DNA of 32,000 bases from Candidatus Electrothrix sp. GW3-4. GTDB lineage: Bacteria > Desulfobacterota > Desulfobulbia > Desulfobulbales > Desulfobulbaceae. Position numbers and translations under genes: made by a program. The stretch is from contig NZ_CP147990.1 in NCBI RefSeq assembly GCF_037902255.1, positions 3,960,001-3,992,000 of the forward strand, in the 5' to 3' direction. Below the pieces are notes generated by a model. The model was not told the origin of the DNA. It did not search any database and saw only the letters and a list, made by a program, of their open reading frames with translations. Positions 23,014 to 32,000 of the stretch are shown here, piece after piece. The first letter of the stretch is position 1; every line of letters starts with the position of its first letter.

Positions 23014-24126
23014 ATGGAACCCTTACAACCTTTACAGCCCATACAGCCTGCGGGTTGCGGCTGCGAGAAAAAGCCAACCGGTCAGACGACCAGCATAAAA
23101 AAATTGAGCAAAGCGCAGGCATGGTTACTTGCTACTCTGGGTCTTGGCCTTTGGTACCTGATCTATAGCCAACTCCTGCCCTTCTCCCATTTCTTCACCT
23201 ACAGCCTCCTGGGCATCAACAAAGGAAGCCACCTCGGCGAGTCGATCCAATTCTTTGTCTATGACACCCCCAAGGTCATGATGTTGCTCACCCTTGTGGT
23301 GTTCCTTATCGGAGTCGTCCGCTCTTTCTTCACCCCGGAGCGAACTCGCCGCTATCTCGCAGGCAAAAAAGAGTTTGCCGGGAATATGTTAGCAGCTCTA
23401 TTGGGCATCATCACCCCATTTTGTTCCTGCTCCGCCGTCCCCCTTTTCCTCGGCTTTGTCCAGGCAGGTGTGCCCCTCGGTGTCACCTTTTCCTTCCTTA
23501 TTGCCGCGCCTATGGTGAACGAGGTTGCCCTGATCCTTCTTTACGGCCTCTTGGGCTGGAAAGTTGCCTCAATCTATCTTATTTCAGGCCTGCTCATTGC
23601 CATTATCGCAGGCTGGATTATTGGTCGCCTGAAGCTTGAGCACTGGGTTGAAGACTGGGTACAGGAGATGCGGACAGGACAGCCACTGGTTCTTACAAAA
23701 AAACTCACCTGGCATGACCGGGTAGACATGGGCTGGGTAGCGGTCAAAGAAATCATTGGCAAAGTCTGGCTCTATGTTATTGCCGGAATAGCCGTCGGGG
23801 CAGGTATTCACGGCTATGTGCCGGAAAAGGTCATGGCTACTGTGATGGGCGGTGACCAGTGGTGGTCGGTGCCAGCAGCTGTCTTAATCGGCATTCCCAT
23901 GTACTCCAATGCGGCCGGAATCGTGCCTGTGCTGGAGGCCCTGCTCGGCAAGGGAGCAGCCTTAGGAACAGCTCTGGCCTTTATGATGAGCGTCATCGCC
24001 CTGTCCCTGCCGGAAATGGTTATCCTGCGCAAGGTGCTTAAACCGAAACTGATTGCAGTCTTTGTCGGCGTGGTGGGATCAGGGATCCTTTTTACCGGGT
24101 ATCTCTTTAATCAGTACATAATGTGA
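23014..24126 (+). CDS. Permease (DUF318 / ArsP-like putative organoarsenical efflux permease)
   Basis: Polytopic membrane protein with the TPFCSCSAVPLF motif characteristic of this permease family. It lies downstream of arsR. Confidence 0.7.
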   Translation: MEPLQPLQPIQPAGCGCEKKPTGQTTSIKKLSKAQAWLLATLGLGLWYLIYSQLLPFSHFFTYSLLGINKGSHLGESIQFFVYDTPKVMMLLTLVVFLIGVVRSFFTPERTRRYLAGKKEFAGNMLAALLGIITPFCSCSAVPLFLGFVQAGVPLGVTFSFLIAAPMVNEVALILLYGLLGWKVASIYLISGLLIAIIAGWIIGRLKLEHWVEDWVQEMRTGQPLVLTKKLTWHDRVDMGWVAVKEIIGKVWLYVIAGIAVGAGIHGYVPEKVMATVMGGDQWWSVPAAVLIGIPMYSNAAGIVPVLEALLGKGAALGTALAFMMSVIALSLPEMVILRKVLKPKLIAVFVGVVGSGILFTGYLFNQYIM

Positions 24127-24810
24127 TTACGATACAATATCTTCAACCTGTTGAATAAAATTCTGCAGGCTATGCAGGCAATTTGGATCTGACTTTATCC
24201 TGCTGCGCAACTCATCAATATAATAGGATTCCGTAACCCCCCTTGGCTCGGATTTGCGGTAGGAAGAGGTTATTTTTTTCTCACGCAACATGGTTTTTAA
24301 GTAATGGAAATGATAATCACCGATTGATCCGCTATATCCTTGAGGTTGTCTCATCTTTTCAGGATCGTTTTGAGCCGTATTATAGTGACCGGTAAAAGCG
24401 GAAACTTCAGCAGAAGAAGGGTTTCGTGCGTAAATACGGCGGTTGCCGAGAAACCATGTCTCCATGCAGACAACCTGCGGCAGGATGACAACTTCACAGT
24501 TATTGAAGACAACATTATGATCAATGATGAATTCTTCGACTTCTTTCACTTTCTCCGTTGCCGAAACATCATCAGTATCAATCGCCAGAACAAAATAGTC
24601 AAATTTTCCCGAAGCATTCACATCAGCAGCAGAATCAACAAGATGATTATCAAGGATACTTGGAAAGCCGCCGCCGCTGATCAAATAGTAGTTATCCGCG
24701 AGAACATCAGAGGGAAAATCAACCCGTTTCAGCTGAGGCGCAAGATATGCCAGCCATTTCGGATACACCTTCCGCTCGGTTTTTCCCTCCACCAAAAAAT
24801 AGACATTCAC
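24127..24810 (-). CDS. Toprim-like protein (DUF4276 / RloB / AriB-like), putative nuclease effector
   Basis: The N-terminal MNVYFLVEGKTE supplies the Toprim Glu, and a later FVLAIDTDD supplies DxD. It overlaps the upstream ATPase gene by 4 nt. The gene is AT-rich. Confidence 0.65.
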   Translation of the reverse strand: MNVYFLVEGKTERKVYPKWLAYLAPQLKRVDFPSDVLADNYYLISGGGFPSILDNHLVDSAADVNASGKFDYFVLAIDTDDVSATEKVKEVEEFIIDHNVVFNNCEVVILPQVVCMETWFLGNRRIYARNPSSAEVSAFTGHYNTAQNDPEKMRQPQGYSGSIGDYHFHYLKTMLREKKITSSYRKSEPRGVTESYYIDELRSRIKSDPNCLHSLQNFIQQVEDIVS

Positions 24811-25913
24811 GACTCCACTCCTTCGGAGTAGATATCAAGATTGATTAATTGGGTAAAGGCTTGATGCTTTGATTTATCGAAATGAAACTCGGCAGCATCG
24901 CGGGCGGTCACTACACTGCCTTTTCTGGTAACGATCTTCCAGTTTGTATGATTGATGTTGTTGATTATATACGGATGATGACTTGTAATAATAAACTGAA
25001 GCCCTCTTTCAGAAGAAAGAATACTACTGGTCAGTTCGTCAATGCAGTTTATGCCAAGGCTGTTTTCAAATTCATCTATTAAGATCAGGCTGGAATCTGC
25101 GCATAAATGAAGCTGCGCTATATGAAGCAGCGTCTTGAGCATACCTGATGATATGTTAGAAATCCAATCAGCTACGCCCATTTCTTTAATTTGAATCTCA
25201 AGAGTAAAATGTTTTACAGCAGTTTCTATTGAAAACGGCACAGGTTCAATTCGCACTTCTTCAACAGAAGGAAAAATATCAATAAAACTGTTTACGATGC
25301 TGTCAAACAGTTGTCTTTCTTTCTTGCAGGCAAAATACAATTTCTCATCAAGAGGTATTGGGAGGTTGCGAACTTCGCCTATCCCAGAATATTTATTTAT
25401 ATCTTTGTCAAAAGACGAAGAGAAAGATGCCTTTATATCCATAACAGGAAATATGATTTTTTCAAATTCCTTTGCTGCTTCCTTTATTTGCTCTTCTTCC
25501 CTGAGTAGATACAATATACTTTGATCATTAGAAAGTTTTACTGTTTTTTTATTATTAAACAATATCCCGTTACGATCTCTCGTTACGATCAGCTCATTTT
25601 CCCTCTTAACCGATTCAGTTATGATAGATATCCCACTTGTATGATTTTCATCATTTTTAAACGAAACGTCAGTATCTTCAAATTCCCCCTCCCATGTATA
25701 CAGAGTTCCGCCTGATGATAAAAATTCAATATACCACTTAACACCTTTTAACGATTCCCCTTTTACTATCCTTTTTAAATCAAGAATTGAGTTCAATATA
25801 CGCGTCTTGCCCACTCCAGATGCCCCGACAAGCAACGTGAGCTGATCAAGGGACAGGGGTTGAAGCTCCCAGCCCGTTGTTCTGTCAGCAAAAAAAAATG
25901 TTTGTATCCGCAT
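24807..25913 (-). CDS. ABC/AAA_21-type ATPase, partner of the Toprim protein
   Basis: Walker A GASGVGKT, a signature-like SSGMLKTL, Walker B LILIDEFENSLG and an H-loop ITSHHP. The gene is AT-rich. Confidence 0.8.
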   Translation of the reverse strand: MRIQTFFFADRTTGWELQPLSLDQLTLLVGASGVGKTRILNSILDLKRIVKGESLKGVKWYIEFLSSGGTLYTWEGEFEDTDVSFKNDENHTSGISIITESVKRENELIVTRDRNGILFNNKKTVKLSNDQSILYLLREEEQIKEAAKEFEKIIFPVMDIKASFSSSFDKDINKYSGIGEVRNLPIPLDEKLYFACKKERQLFDSIVNSFIDIFPSVEEVRIEPVPFSIETAVKHFTLEIQIKEMGVADWISNISSGMLKTLLHIAQLHLCADSSLILIDEFENSLGINCIDELTSSILSSERGLQFIITSHHPYIINNINHTNWKIVTRKGSVVTARDAAEFHFDKSKHQAFTQLINLDIYSEGVES

Positions 25914-26008
25914 TATATAGCCTCGTTCTGATAACGATTACCCCGTACATACGTATCCACGTCATTAGCTACAATCACGCCGTAGTTGATCACGCCCAGC
26001 TTCCTTAC

Positions 26009-27031
26009 TTAACCCAAACCAGTACGTGATGTAATCTCTTCTATCTGTTGAATAAAATTCTTTTCATTCACAAAGCTCACATCATACATGCTCGTCAACC
26101 CTTGGCTCTGTTTGTCACTCAACCCCACAGCACAAATCAGAAACTGGCCGTCATCAAGCTTCAGGCGTTTCTTCAAGACGGAGTATTTCTCAATATCCTT
26201 GCGAAATTCTCCGGTCTTGCACTCAATGCATAGCGGTATGGTACCGTTGATAAGAAAAAATACATCAAGTTCATGCTGGTCTTCGTTTTGAAAAATCACA
26301 GAGAGATTACGAAGACAGGCAACAGGAATGTCCTTTTCACGGAAAAAATCCAACAGCTTCATAAAGACAAACCACTCCATCCATTCTCCGTTAAAGAAGT
26401 TCACTATTTTAGGCGCAGTTTGCAGCGTCAACCGAACGATCTTTTCCTGCTTTTGATAAAAATATTTGGCAACAAACGAGTAGTCATACAAATCCTTGCA
26501 GAATTGAGTTATGACCTTAATATCTTTTTGGCTTTTTTTATTGAGTGTGAGTTTAACCGTTGTATACCCTTTCCGCTGGATGTATTTAATTTTATCACTT
26601 ACAAGCCTGAGCGTGTCATAATGATCTCCCAGCTGCACTGCAACCTCATCGAAAAAACCGGTGGTATCAAGAGCCTGCTGGTTAACATTAACCTGAACAT
26701 GACGCTCTTGAAAAAACTTCACTATCGGTTCATATTGCTGTTTGCTTTTAAGCTCAGCAGTATTGTAAATATCAACCTCAGATAAAGATTGAAGCGACTC
26801 ATTTTCTTCTGGGGTTGATGCATCCTGAGATGCTTGTGGATCAACCTGACTGCGTAATTGCTGCAACTCTTTTTTCTGAGCCACAAACTGTTCAATAACC
26901 TTTGTAACAAAGGCGACGGTATCATAAATGGGACTCGGTGTTTTGCAGTGAGGACATTTTACAGATTTCCCCTGATAATCATTAGAAACTTCCCGAAGAT
27001 GTCCACATTTGCTACACCGAAAGAGGGCCAT
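26009..27031 (-). CDS. Zn-ribbon protein with a C-terminal PD-(D/E)xK nuclease domain (Card1/DUF1887-like)
   Basis: The N-terminus is CSKCGH...CPHCKT. The C-terminus GEWMEWFVFMKLL...HELDVFFLINGTIPLCIECKTGEF fits the E...D...ExK restriction-endonuclease-like core. The ~200-aa middle region is unrecognised. Confidence 0.6.
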   Translation of the reverse strand: MALFRCSKCGHLREVSNDYQGKSVKCPHCKTPSPIYDTVAFVTKVIEQFVAQKKELQQLRSQVDPQASQDASTPEENESLQSLSEVDIYNTAELKSKQQYEPIVKFFQERHVQVNVNQQALDTTGFFDEVAVQLGDHYDTLRLVSDKIKYIQRKGYTTVKLTLNKKSQKDIKVITQFCKDLYDYSFVAKYFYQKQEKIVRLTLQTAPKIVNFFNGEWMEWFVFMKLLDFFREKDIPVACLRNLSVIFQNEDQHELDVFFLINGTIPLCIECKTGEFRKDIEKYSVLKKRLKLDDGQFLICAVGLSDKQSQGLTSMYDVSFVNEKNFIQQIEEITSRTGLG

Positions 27032-27112
27032 TTTTTCTCCTGCTATCTTATCGAATCATTTTCCATCCACTCCCCATGGGGAAGGACAACAAAACATAAA
27101 AGTTTATCCACC

Positions 27113-27661
27113 TTATTCCTCTGCCATCTTCCTGCCCATGGCCTCCCGCTCCTGGGTCGCTTGCAGGAGGCGAAAAATCTCACGGCTATGCTGCTTATTC
27201 CGGCTCATGGCAAAGAGGAAGGCTAAACGATGCAGTTCATGTTGATCCACAGAAGGCAGTTCAACAGCAATATCCTTCACCACCTTGGACGACCAATCCT
27301 CGGTTAAATCCATATACTCTGCCTTGGCTGCACGCCGAGCTACAATAGCCTCCTCAACAAGGATATCCCGCAGGTACTCAAGCTCATGGAACTGTTTTTT
27401 CTTTTGCAGCTCTGTGCCCTTGCGCTTTCGCAAAAAGGCATAGAGTTCCTCGTTCGGCTCATCACGAAGAAGCTTGGTAATATACTTGATCTGTCGTTTT
27501 CTCGAGCCAGCTTTAAGACCTGCGACCTCGAGAAAGAGCTGCCGAACCTCCTCATCCACAGGGAGTTCACCCAACAGACCTGCTGGAAGAACAGCCAACT
27601 CTTGCACCAGTTCTTCGACCTGCTTTATCCTGCGCTTTTGCTCAGATCTACTCAGCTTCAT
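27113..27661 (-). CDS. yjgA: Ribosome-associated protein YjgA/DarP (DUF615)
   Basis: SRSEQKRRIKQVEELVQEL...SRKRQIKYITKLLR matches the YjgA family pattern. It overlaps the coaBC 3' end by 14 nt. Confidence 0.75.
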   Translation of the reverse strand: MKLSRSEQKRRIKQVEELVQELAVLPAGLLGELPVDEEVRQLFLEVAGLKAGSRKRQIKYITKLLRDEPNEELYAFLRKRKGTELQKKKQFHELEYLRDILVEEAIVARRAAKAEYMDLTEDWSSKVVKDIAVELPSVDQHELHRLAFLFAMSRNKQHSREIFRLLQATQEREAMGRKMAEE

Positions 27662-28856
27662 TCTTTGCCACCTTGCCCAAGGTCATAACTTTATCCCAAA
27701 TACTGTTTGCGGTTTCTTCCTTGGAAAGAAGAGCGAGCTGTTCTGCACCATCTCGCGTAATCAGCGTAACCTGATTGGTATCTACATCAAAGCCAGTTCG
27801 TTTGCCAAGAATATCGTTAACCACTATCATATCAGCCTTTTTGGCTTCGAGCTTGCGTCGCCCTTCGTCCTCGTGATTATTGCTTTCAGCAGCAAAGCCA
27901 ATCAGGATCTGATCTGATCGCCGCTCTCTGCCCAAGGTTGCCAGAATATCCTGATTAGGAACCAGGTCAAGCTGAAGGTCTGCGTCTTGCTTTTTAATTT
28001 TCAGCGAAGCAACCTCTTTCGGCCGAAAATCAGCCACAGCCGCTGCCTTGATAATGATATGGGCAGCAGGAGCATGTTCTCTCACGGCTTCGGCCATTTC
28101 TGCGGCTGTCTGCACCAAAATCAAATTGACTTCAGGAGGAACAGGAAGATTTGTCGGGCCGGAGATCAAGGTCACTTGAGCCCCCCGCCGCCTCGCCGTT
28201 CGAGCCAGGGCATAGCCCATTTTTCCGCTGGAACGATTGCTCAAATAACGGGCTGGGTCCAAGGCCTCTCTGGTTGGGCCCGCTGTGATCAGCACCTGTT
28301 GTTGGGTCAAATCCTGCTCCGCAAAAAGCCTCTGTAAAACCTCTCGCACGGTCTCCCATTCTGCCAAACGACCAGAGCCAACCTCGCCGCAGGCCAAGGA
28401 GCCACTTTCCGGTTCTACTATGAGGTAGCCCAGTTCCTGTAAAGTTGCGAGGTTACGTTGGGTGGCGGGATGGGCAAGCATCTTGGTATTCATTGCAGGG
28501 CAAACAACAACCGGAGCAGCTGCGGCAAGGACAGCGGCAGAGAGCAGATTATCGGCCATACCCTGCGCCAAGCGGGCAATGGTCTGGGCAGTTGCCGGGG
28601 CAATTAGGATCGCATCAGCATCACCTGACAAGGTGATGTGGGCCATCATCTCCTCAGCGCCGATACTGAACATGTCTGTGTAGACCTGATGGCCAGAAAG
28701 CGCGCCAAAGGTCAGGGGAGTGACAAAGTGCGTGGCGGCTTCCGTCATCATCACCGTCACTTGTGCATCCTCCTTCACCAGAGAACTCACCCAACCAGCT
28801 ACTTTAAAGGCGGCAACAGAGCCGGTTATCCCAAAGAGAATCTTTCGTCCCTGCAT
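27648..28856 (-). CDS. coaBC: Bifunctional phosphopantothenoylcysteine decarboxylase / phosphopantothenate-cysteine ligase
   Basis: N-terminal flavoprotein domain ILFGITGSVAAFK...PAMN. C-terminal CoaB domain ITAGPTRE...SNRSSGKMG...AAAVADFRP. Confidence 0.95.
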   Translation of the reverse strand: MQGRKILFGITGSVAAFKVAGWVSSLVKEDAQVTVMMTEAATHFVTPLTFGALSGHQVYTDMFSIGAEEMMAHITLSGDADAILIAPATAQTIARLAQGMADNLLSAAVLAAAAPVVVCPAMNTKMLAHPATQRNLATLQELGYLIVEPESGSLACGEVGSGRLAEWETVREVLQRLFAEQDLTQQQVLITAGPTREALDPARYLSNRSSGKMGYALARTARRRGAQVTLISGPTNLPVPPEVNLILVQTAAEMAEAVREHAPAAHIIIKAAAVADFRPKEVASLKIKKQDADLQLDLVPNQDILATLGRERRSDQILIGFAAESNNHEDEGRRKLEAKKADMIVVNDILGKRTGFDVDTNQVTLITRDGAEQLALLSKEETANSIWDKVMTLGKVAKNEAE

Positions 28857-28946
28857 GGTTTAATAAAAAAGCATCTTTCGGTTGAGTCATACAAGCTCCC
28901 TCAAACGAGGAAGCTTTTTCGTGGAGGGAGCCAGGATATTGAGGAG

Positions 28947-29450
28947 TTACTCGGTAGGAATGGCTTCGCCAAAGGGATTGAGACCGATGGCAGCGGTCTT
29001 ATCAATGGTCACATAGAGAGTAAGGCTGGTTTTGCGAAAATCATGCTCTGAGATGGTCATCATGCAGGTCTTATGCGGTTTAACAAAGGCAAGCATAATG
29101 TCACCAGAGGCTGCTTCGCCAACCAGTTTCCAGTTGGTATCCTCCATAGCCCGGGTCATGTAATCCTTCAGCGAGGCGGTTTCTACCAAGCCTGAGTAAT
29201 GCCAGATTCCGCCATGAAAGGATTCTGTCTTAATCGCCATAGATTTATCCCGGTCCCACTCCATCTCAACCGGAACAACAATATCCTGGATATCATCAGC
29301 AAAGCCCCCCACAGCGGGCAGCATATCGCCGACCCCCGCACCCTGCATGCCGGTGCCGGGAAAAATTGTGCTGATGCAGCCAGATAGAAACAAGGTGCCA
29401 GCTATCAAAAAAAAGAGCAGAATTCTACTGATTGACGAACAACTTTTCAT
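28947..29450 (-). CDS. Putative lipoprotein
   Basis: Signal peptide ending in the lipobox LFLSGC. I did not recognise any family. Confidence 0.6.
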   Translation of the reverse strand: MKSCSSISRILLFFLIAGTLFLSGCISTIFPGTGMQGAGVGDMLPAVGGFADDIQDIVVPVEMEWDRDKSMAIKTESFHGGIWHYSGLVETASLKDYMTRAMEDTNWKLVGEAASGDIMLAFVKPHKTCMMTISEHDFRKTSLTLYVTIDKTAAIGLNPFGEAIPTE

Positions 29451-29971
29451 GGGGCGGTTCCTCCAAATTCGTGTAAGATAAAATCTGCCAGCGGTAATCG
29501 TTGGGATTGCTGGTTTCTGTGTAATGGATACCCTAAAGCTACAACAGCCATAAGGTCGTATTGATCACTGAGCTGCAGGACGCCATTGACCTGCTCTTTA
29601 TTTTTAAGAATCTGACCAAGCCAAACTGCTCCAAGCCCCAGCTCGTGCGCGGCAAGGAGCATATTCTGAATACATGCACCTGCGGCCTGATGATCCTTGA
29701 CGGAATCATACATCTTTTCCTGATCAAGGTAAACAGCAATAAGCGCCGGTGCCGCTTCAACAATATGGGCATAATGGGTTAGAGGAGCAAGGCGGGCGGA
29801 AATTTCATCATCCTGGATCGTGACAAATCGCCAAGGCTGGTTATTCAATCCAGATGGCGCCCAGATACCTGCGAAAATAATCTTATGGAGCAGTTCCAGT
29901 TCTACTGATTTCTCGCTGAATTCACGAATACTGCGTCGTTCTTTAATTGCTTGCTGAATATGCTGTTCCAT
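29447..29971 (-). CDS. Nitroreductase-family protein
   Basis: RRSIREF...APSGLNNQPWRF is the nitroreductase N-terminal signature. The size is typical. Confidence 0.85.
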   Translation of the reverse strand: MEQHIQQAIKERRSIREFSEKSVELELLHKIIFAGIWAPSGLNNQPWRFVTIQDDEISARLAPLTHYAHIVEAAPALIAVYLDQEKMYDSVKDHQAAGACIQNMLLAAHELGLGAVWLGQILKNKEQVNGVLQLSDQYDLMAVVALGYPLHRNQQSQRLPLADFILHEFGGTAP

Positions 29972-30223
29972 TATCTTTCATTACCTTTGAGAGCAGTCAG
30001 TTGGCGTCTGTATTCTCAACAGATCACTCTCATCGGGTTTAATCGGGTTGGTGTTTGTGAAATATATCGTTACTGTTTAAAAAAATACTTTCCTCATGTC
30101 AATAATCATCGGGCAATAATTATCGTGCTCAACTGCCCAGCAATACTTTGCGTCTTGTCCTGTCCCCTCCTTTCTGGTATGACTGCATAATAAAGTCCAT
30201 TTTATCTCATTTTTTATAGGATA

Positions 30224-31048
30224 ATGAAAAAAAGAACCCTGCCGCCTGCCCTCTCTCCTGGATATGGCCTGATCGACTCACATTGTCATCTTGACATGGA
30301 AGCCTGTCAGGATGATATTGAAGATATTATTCGTTGCGCCGAACAAGGGCAGGTGCATACAATCATCACCATCGGCATTGACCTTGCCAGCTCTCAACGG
30401 GCCGTTGAACTCGCCGATACCTATCCCGGAGTCTATGCCTCTGTTGGTATTCACCCACACGATGCAGAAGAAGGGGATGATATCGTTTATCAACAGCTGA
30501 AAGAATTGGCCACCTCTGAAAAGGTGGTCGCCTACGGAGAGATAGGCCTTGATTATGCCAAGCAATATGCACCTGTGGAACGCCAGCGCTTGGAATTCGC
30601 CCGCCAACTCGCACTTGCCAAGGAATTAGACCTGCCGATCATCATTCATGACCGGGAGGCCCATGAAGACACCGTACAGATCATCAGGGAACATGGACCA
30701 TTCCCAGCAGGCGGTGTGATGCATTGTTTTTCTGGAGACACGGCCTTTGCCCATCAGGTACTCGATCTAGGCTTACATATTTCTATACCCGGTATCGTCA
30801 CCTTTAACAAGGCCTCGGAGCTCCAAAAGGTTGCCCAGAAAATCCCCTTAGATCGAATGCTGCTGGAGACTGACGCTCCTTTCCTCACCCCTGCCCCTTT
30901 TCGAGGCAAGCCGAATCGCCCTGAATATCTTCTCTACACGGCTGCAAAGGTGGCAACGTTGCGAGGCATTTCAATCGATGAGGTTGCTCAACAGACCTCG
31001 CAGAATACCAAGCAGCTCTTTTCCTTACCCGATCAAGAGGGCGAGTAA
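30224..31048 (+). CDS. tatD: TatD-family metal-dependent hydrolase/DNase
   Basis: IDSHCHLD...GEIGLDY...HDREAHED...MHCFSG...ETDAPFL are the conserved TatD metal-binding motifs. Confidence 0.9.
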   Translation: MKKRTLPPALSPGYGLIDSHCHLDMEACQDDIEDIIRCAEQGQVHTIITIGIDLASSQRAVELADTYPGVYASVGIHPHDAEEGDDIVYQQLKELATSEKVVAYGEIGLDYAKQYAPVERQRLEFARQLALAKELDLPIIIHDREAHEDTVQIIREHGPFPAGGVMHCFSGDTAFAHQVLDLGLHISIPGIVTFNKASELQKVAQKIPLDRMLLETDAPFLTPAPFRGKPNRPEYLLYTAAKVATLRGISIDEVAQQTSQNTKQLFSLPDQEGE

Positions 31049-31737
31049 TGATCTGTGCCAATCTGGAACGAATACGATCGATTATTCAAAAAACAGCCAG
31101 AGACTGTGGGAGAGATCCTCAGGAGATCAAGCTCGTTGCTGTCTCAAAACGTATGCCCGCCGAGATGATCGCAGCAGCGCATCAATGCGAGCAAATGCTG
31201 TTCGGGGAAAACTATCTTCAAGATGCTGCAGCAAAAATCAGCCAGTTACCTTCTTCCCTACGCTGGCATTTTATCGGCCATTTGCAGAGCAATAAGGCGA
31301 AAACGGCTGCTGAGCTCTTTCAGATGATAGAGACGGTTGATCGACCAAAAATTGCCCAAGCTCTGGATCGTCAGGCAGGTTTCTTCCAGAAAAAGCTTGA
31401 TATCCTGATCCAGGTGAATGTAGGAAGGGAACCGCAAAAATCCGGGGTACTCCCCGAAGATGCAAGCGATCTCCTCCGAGCTATGCAGCCCCTGACAAAC
31501 CTGCGCGTACGCGGATTAATGACCATGCCTCCCTACGGACGCGAGGCCGAGGCAAGCCGTCCATGGTTTCAAGCCTTGAAAAAATTATCTGTGGAACTTG
31601 CAGGTACAAACAGTTTTTATGACAATAAGGCTGTTGAGCTTTCTATGGGTATGTCAGGTGACTTCAAAGTTGCCATTGAGGAAGGCGCAACCTTGGTTCG
31701 AGTTGGCACGGCGATCTTTGGCGAAAGGCCGCGGTAA
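31048..31737 (+). CDS. yggS: YggS-family pyridoxal-phosphate homeostasis protein
   Basis: KLVAVSK (PLP lysine)...HFIGHLQSNK...SMGMSGDF...VRVGTAIFG are typical YggS signatures. The start overlaps the tatD stop. Confidence 0.9.
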   Translation: MICANLERIRSIIQKTARDCGRDPQEIKLVAVSKRMPAEMIAAAHQCEQMLFGENYLQDAAAKISQLPSSLRWHFIGHLQSNKAKTAAELFQMIETVDRPKIAQALDRQAGFFQKKLDILIQVNVGREPQKSGVLPEDASDLLRAMQPLTNLRVRGLMTMPPYGREAEASRPWFQALKKLSVELAGTNSFYDNKAVELSMGMSGDFKVAIEEGATLVRVGTAIFGERPR

Positions 31738-31780
31738 TAAACGACCTTACGCCAAAGATCAGCGCATGGGGCCATGTCCT

Positions 31781-31814
31781 CCTTCCCTCATAGAAGAAAG
31801 CCTATGAGGGAAGG
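31781..31814. terminator. 13-bp perfect stem-loop downstream of yggS; possible terminator
   Basis: ccttccctcatag-aagaaagc-ctatgagggaagg. A T9 run follows, but only ~14 nt later. Confidence 0.4.
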
Positions 31815-31882
31815 CCCATTATGAGAATTTTTTTTTCAGCTCTCACGCTATATTTTCAAATTACCCAAAGAAAGGAAAAATA

Positions 31883-32000
31883 ATGAAGATAGCAATGATT
31901 GGAACAGGTTATGTTGGATTAGTGACCGGAACCTGCTTTGCCGAGTTCGGCCATCACGTTACCTGCGTCGATAAACTTGAGGAGAAGATCCAGACCCTCA
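31883..32000 (+). CDS. ugd: UDP-glucose/GDP-mannose dehydrogenase family protein, N-terminal fragment; runs off the window
   Basis: [30 protein letters not shown] is the NAD-binding N-terminus typical of UDP-glucose 6-dehydrogenases. GGAAA lies upstream of the ATG. Confidence 0.75.
   Translation, partial: MKIAMIGTGYVGLVTGTCFAEFGHHVTCVDKLEEKIQTL

Overview
This is a chromosomal segment with mid-range GC. My unverified impression from the protein sequences is a Desulfobacterota-type (deltaproteobacterial) anaerobe.

Housekeeping genes:
- Left side: pckG 3' part; a translationally coupled radical-SAM / AMP-ligase / DAK2-DegV operon; an SQR-like flavoprotein plus a DUF1641 protein; recR-ybaB-dnaX.
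- Right side: tadA, arsR plus an ArsP-like permease, yjgA, coaBC, a nitroreductase, tatD, yggS and the ugd 5' end.

Main structural observation: the widely conserved block tadA / tRNA-Ser / SRP RNA (ffs) / dnaX / ybaB / recR, all on the minus strand, is split between ffs (21626) and dnaX (12308) by about 9.3 kb of accessory DNA. That insert contains:
- Three direct copies of the first codons of dnaX. Each upstream copy is translationally fused onto a cargo cassette: one carries an SMR-like gene, the other a Dcm + HNH restriction-modification (R-M) pair.
- A frameshifted HsdR-N-like gene.
- Visibly AT-rich orphan genes (Zn-ribbon protein, SAP-domain protein).
- Two copies of a ~100-nt structured repeat, and two small paralogous proteins.
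- An MNT/HepT toxin-antitoxin (TA) pair.
- A 21-bp-periodic array of CGCAA-N5-TTGCR palindromes.
- An SPFH protein.

Other candidates:
- A second AT-rich island (24127-27031) carries an ABC-type ATPase + Toprim (DUF4276/RloB/AriB-like) pair and a Zn-ribbon/PD-(D/E)xK nuclease. This is my best candidate for an uncharacterised defence module.
- A tandem, overlapping pair of small Cys-rich 'two-CW'-like proteins sits behind a 1.2-kb AT-rich ORF-less leader (7439-9248).
- dnaX carries an A11 run at the tau/gamma boundary, with stops in both alternative frames.

I found no rRNA, CRISPR array, transposase or integrase. All alignments were done by hand and no database search was possible.
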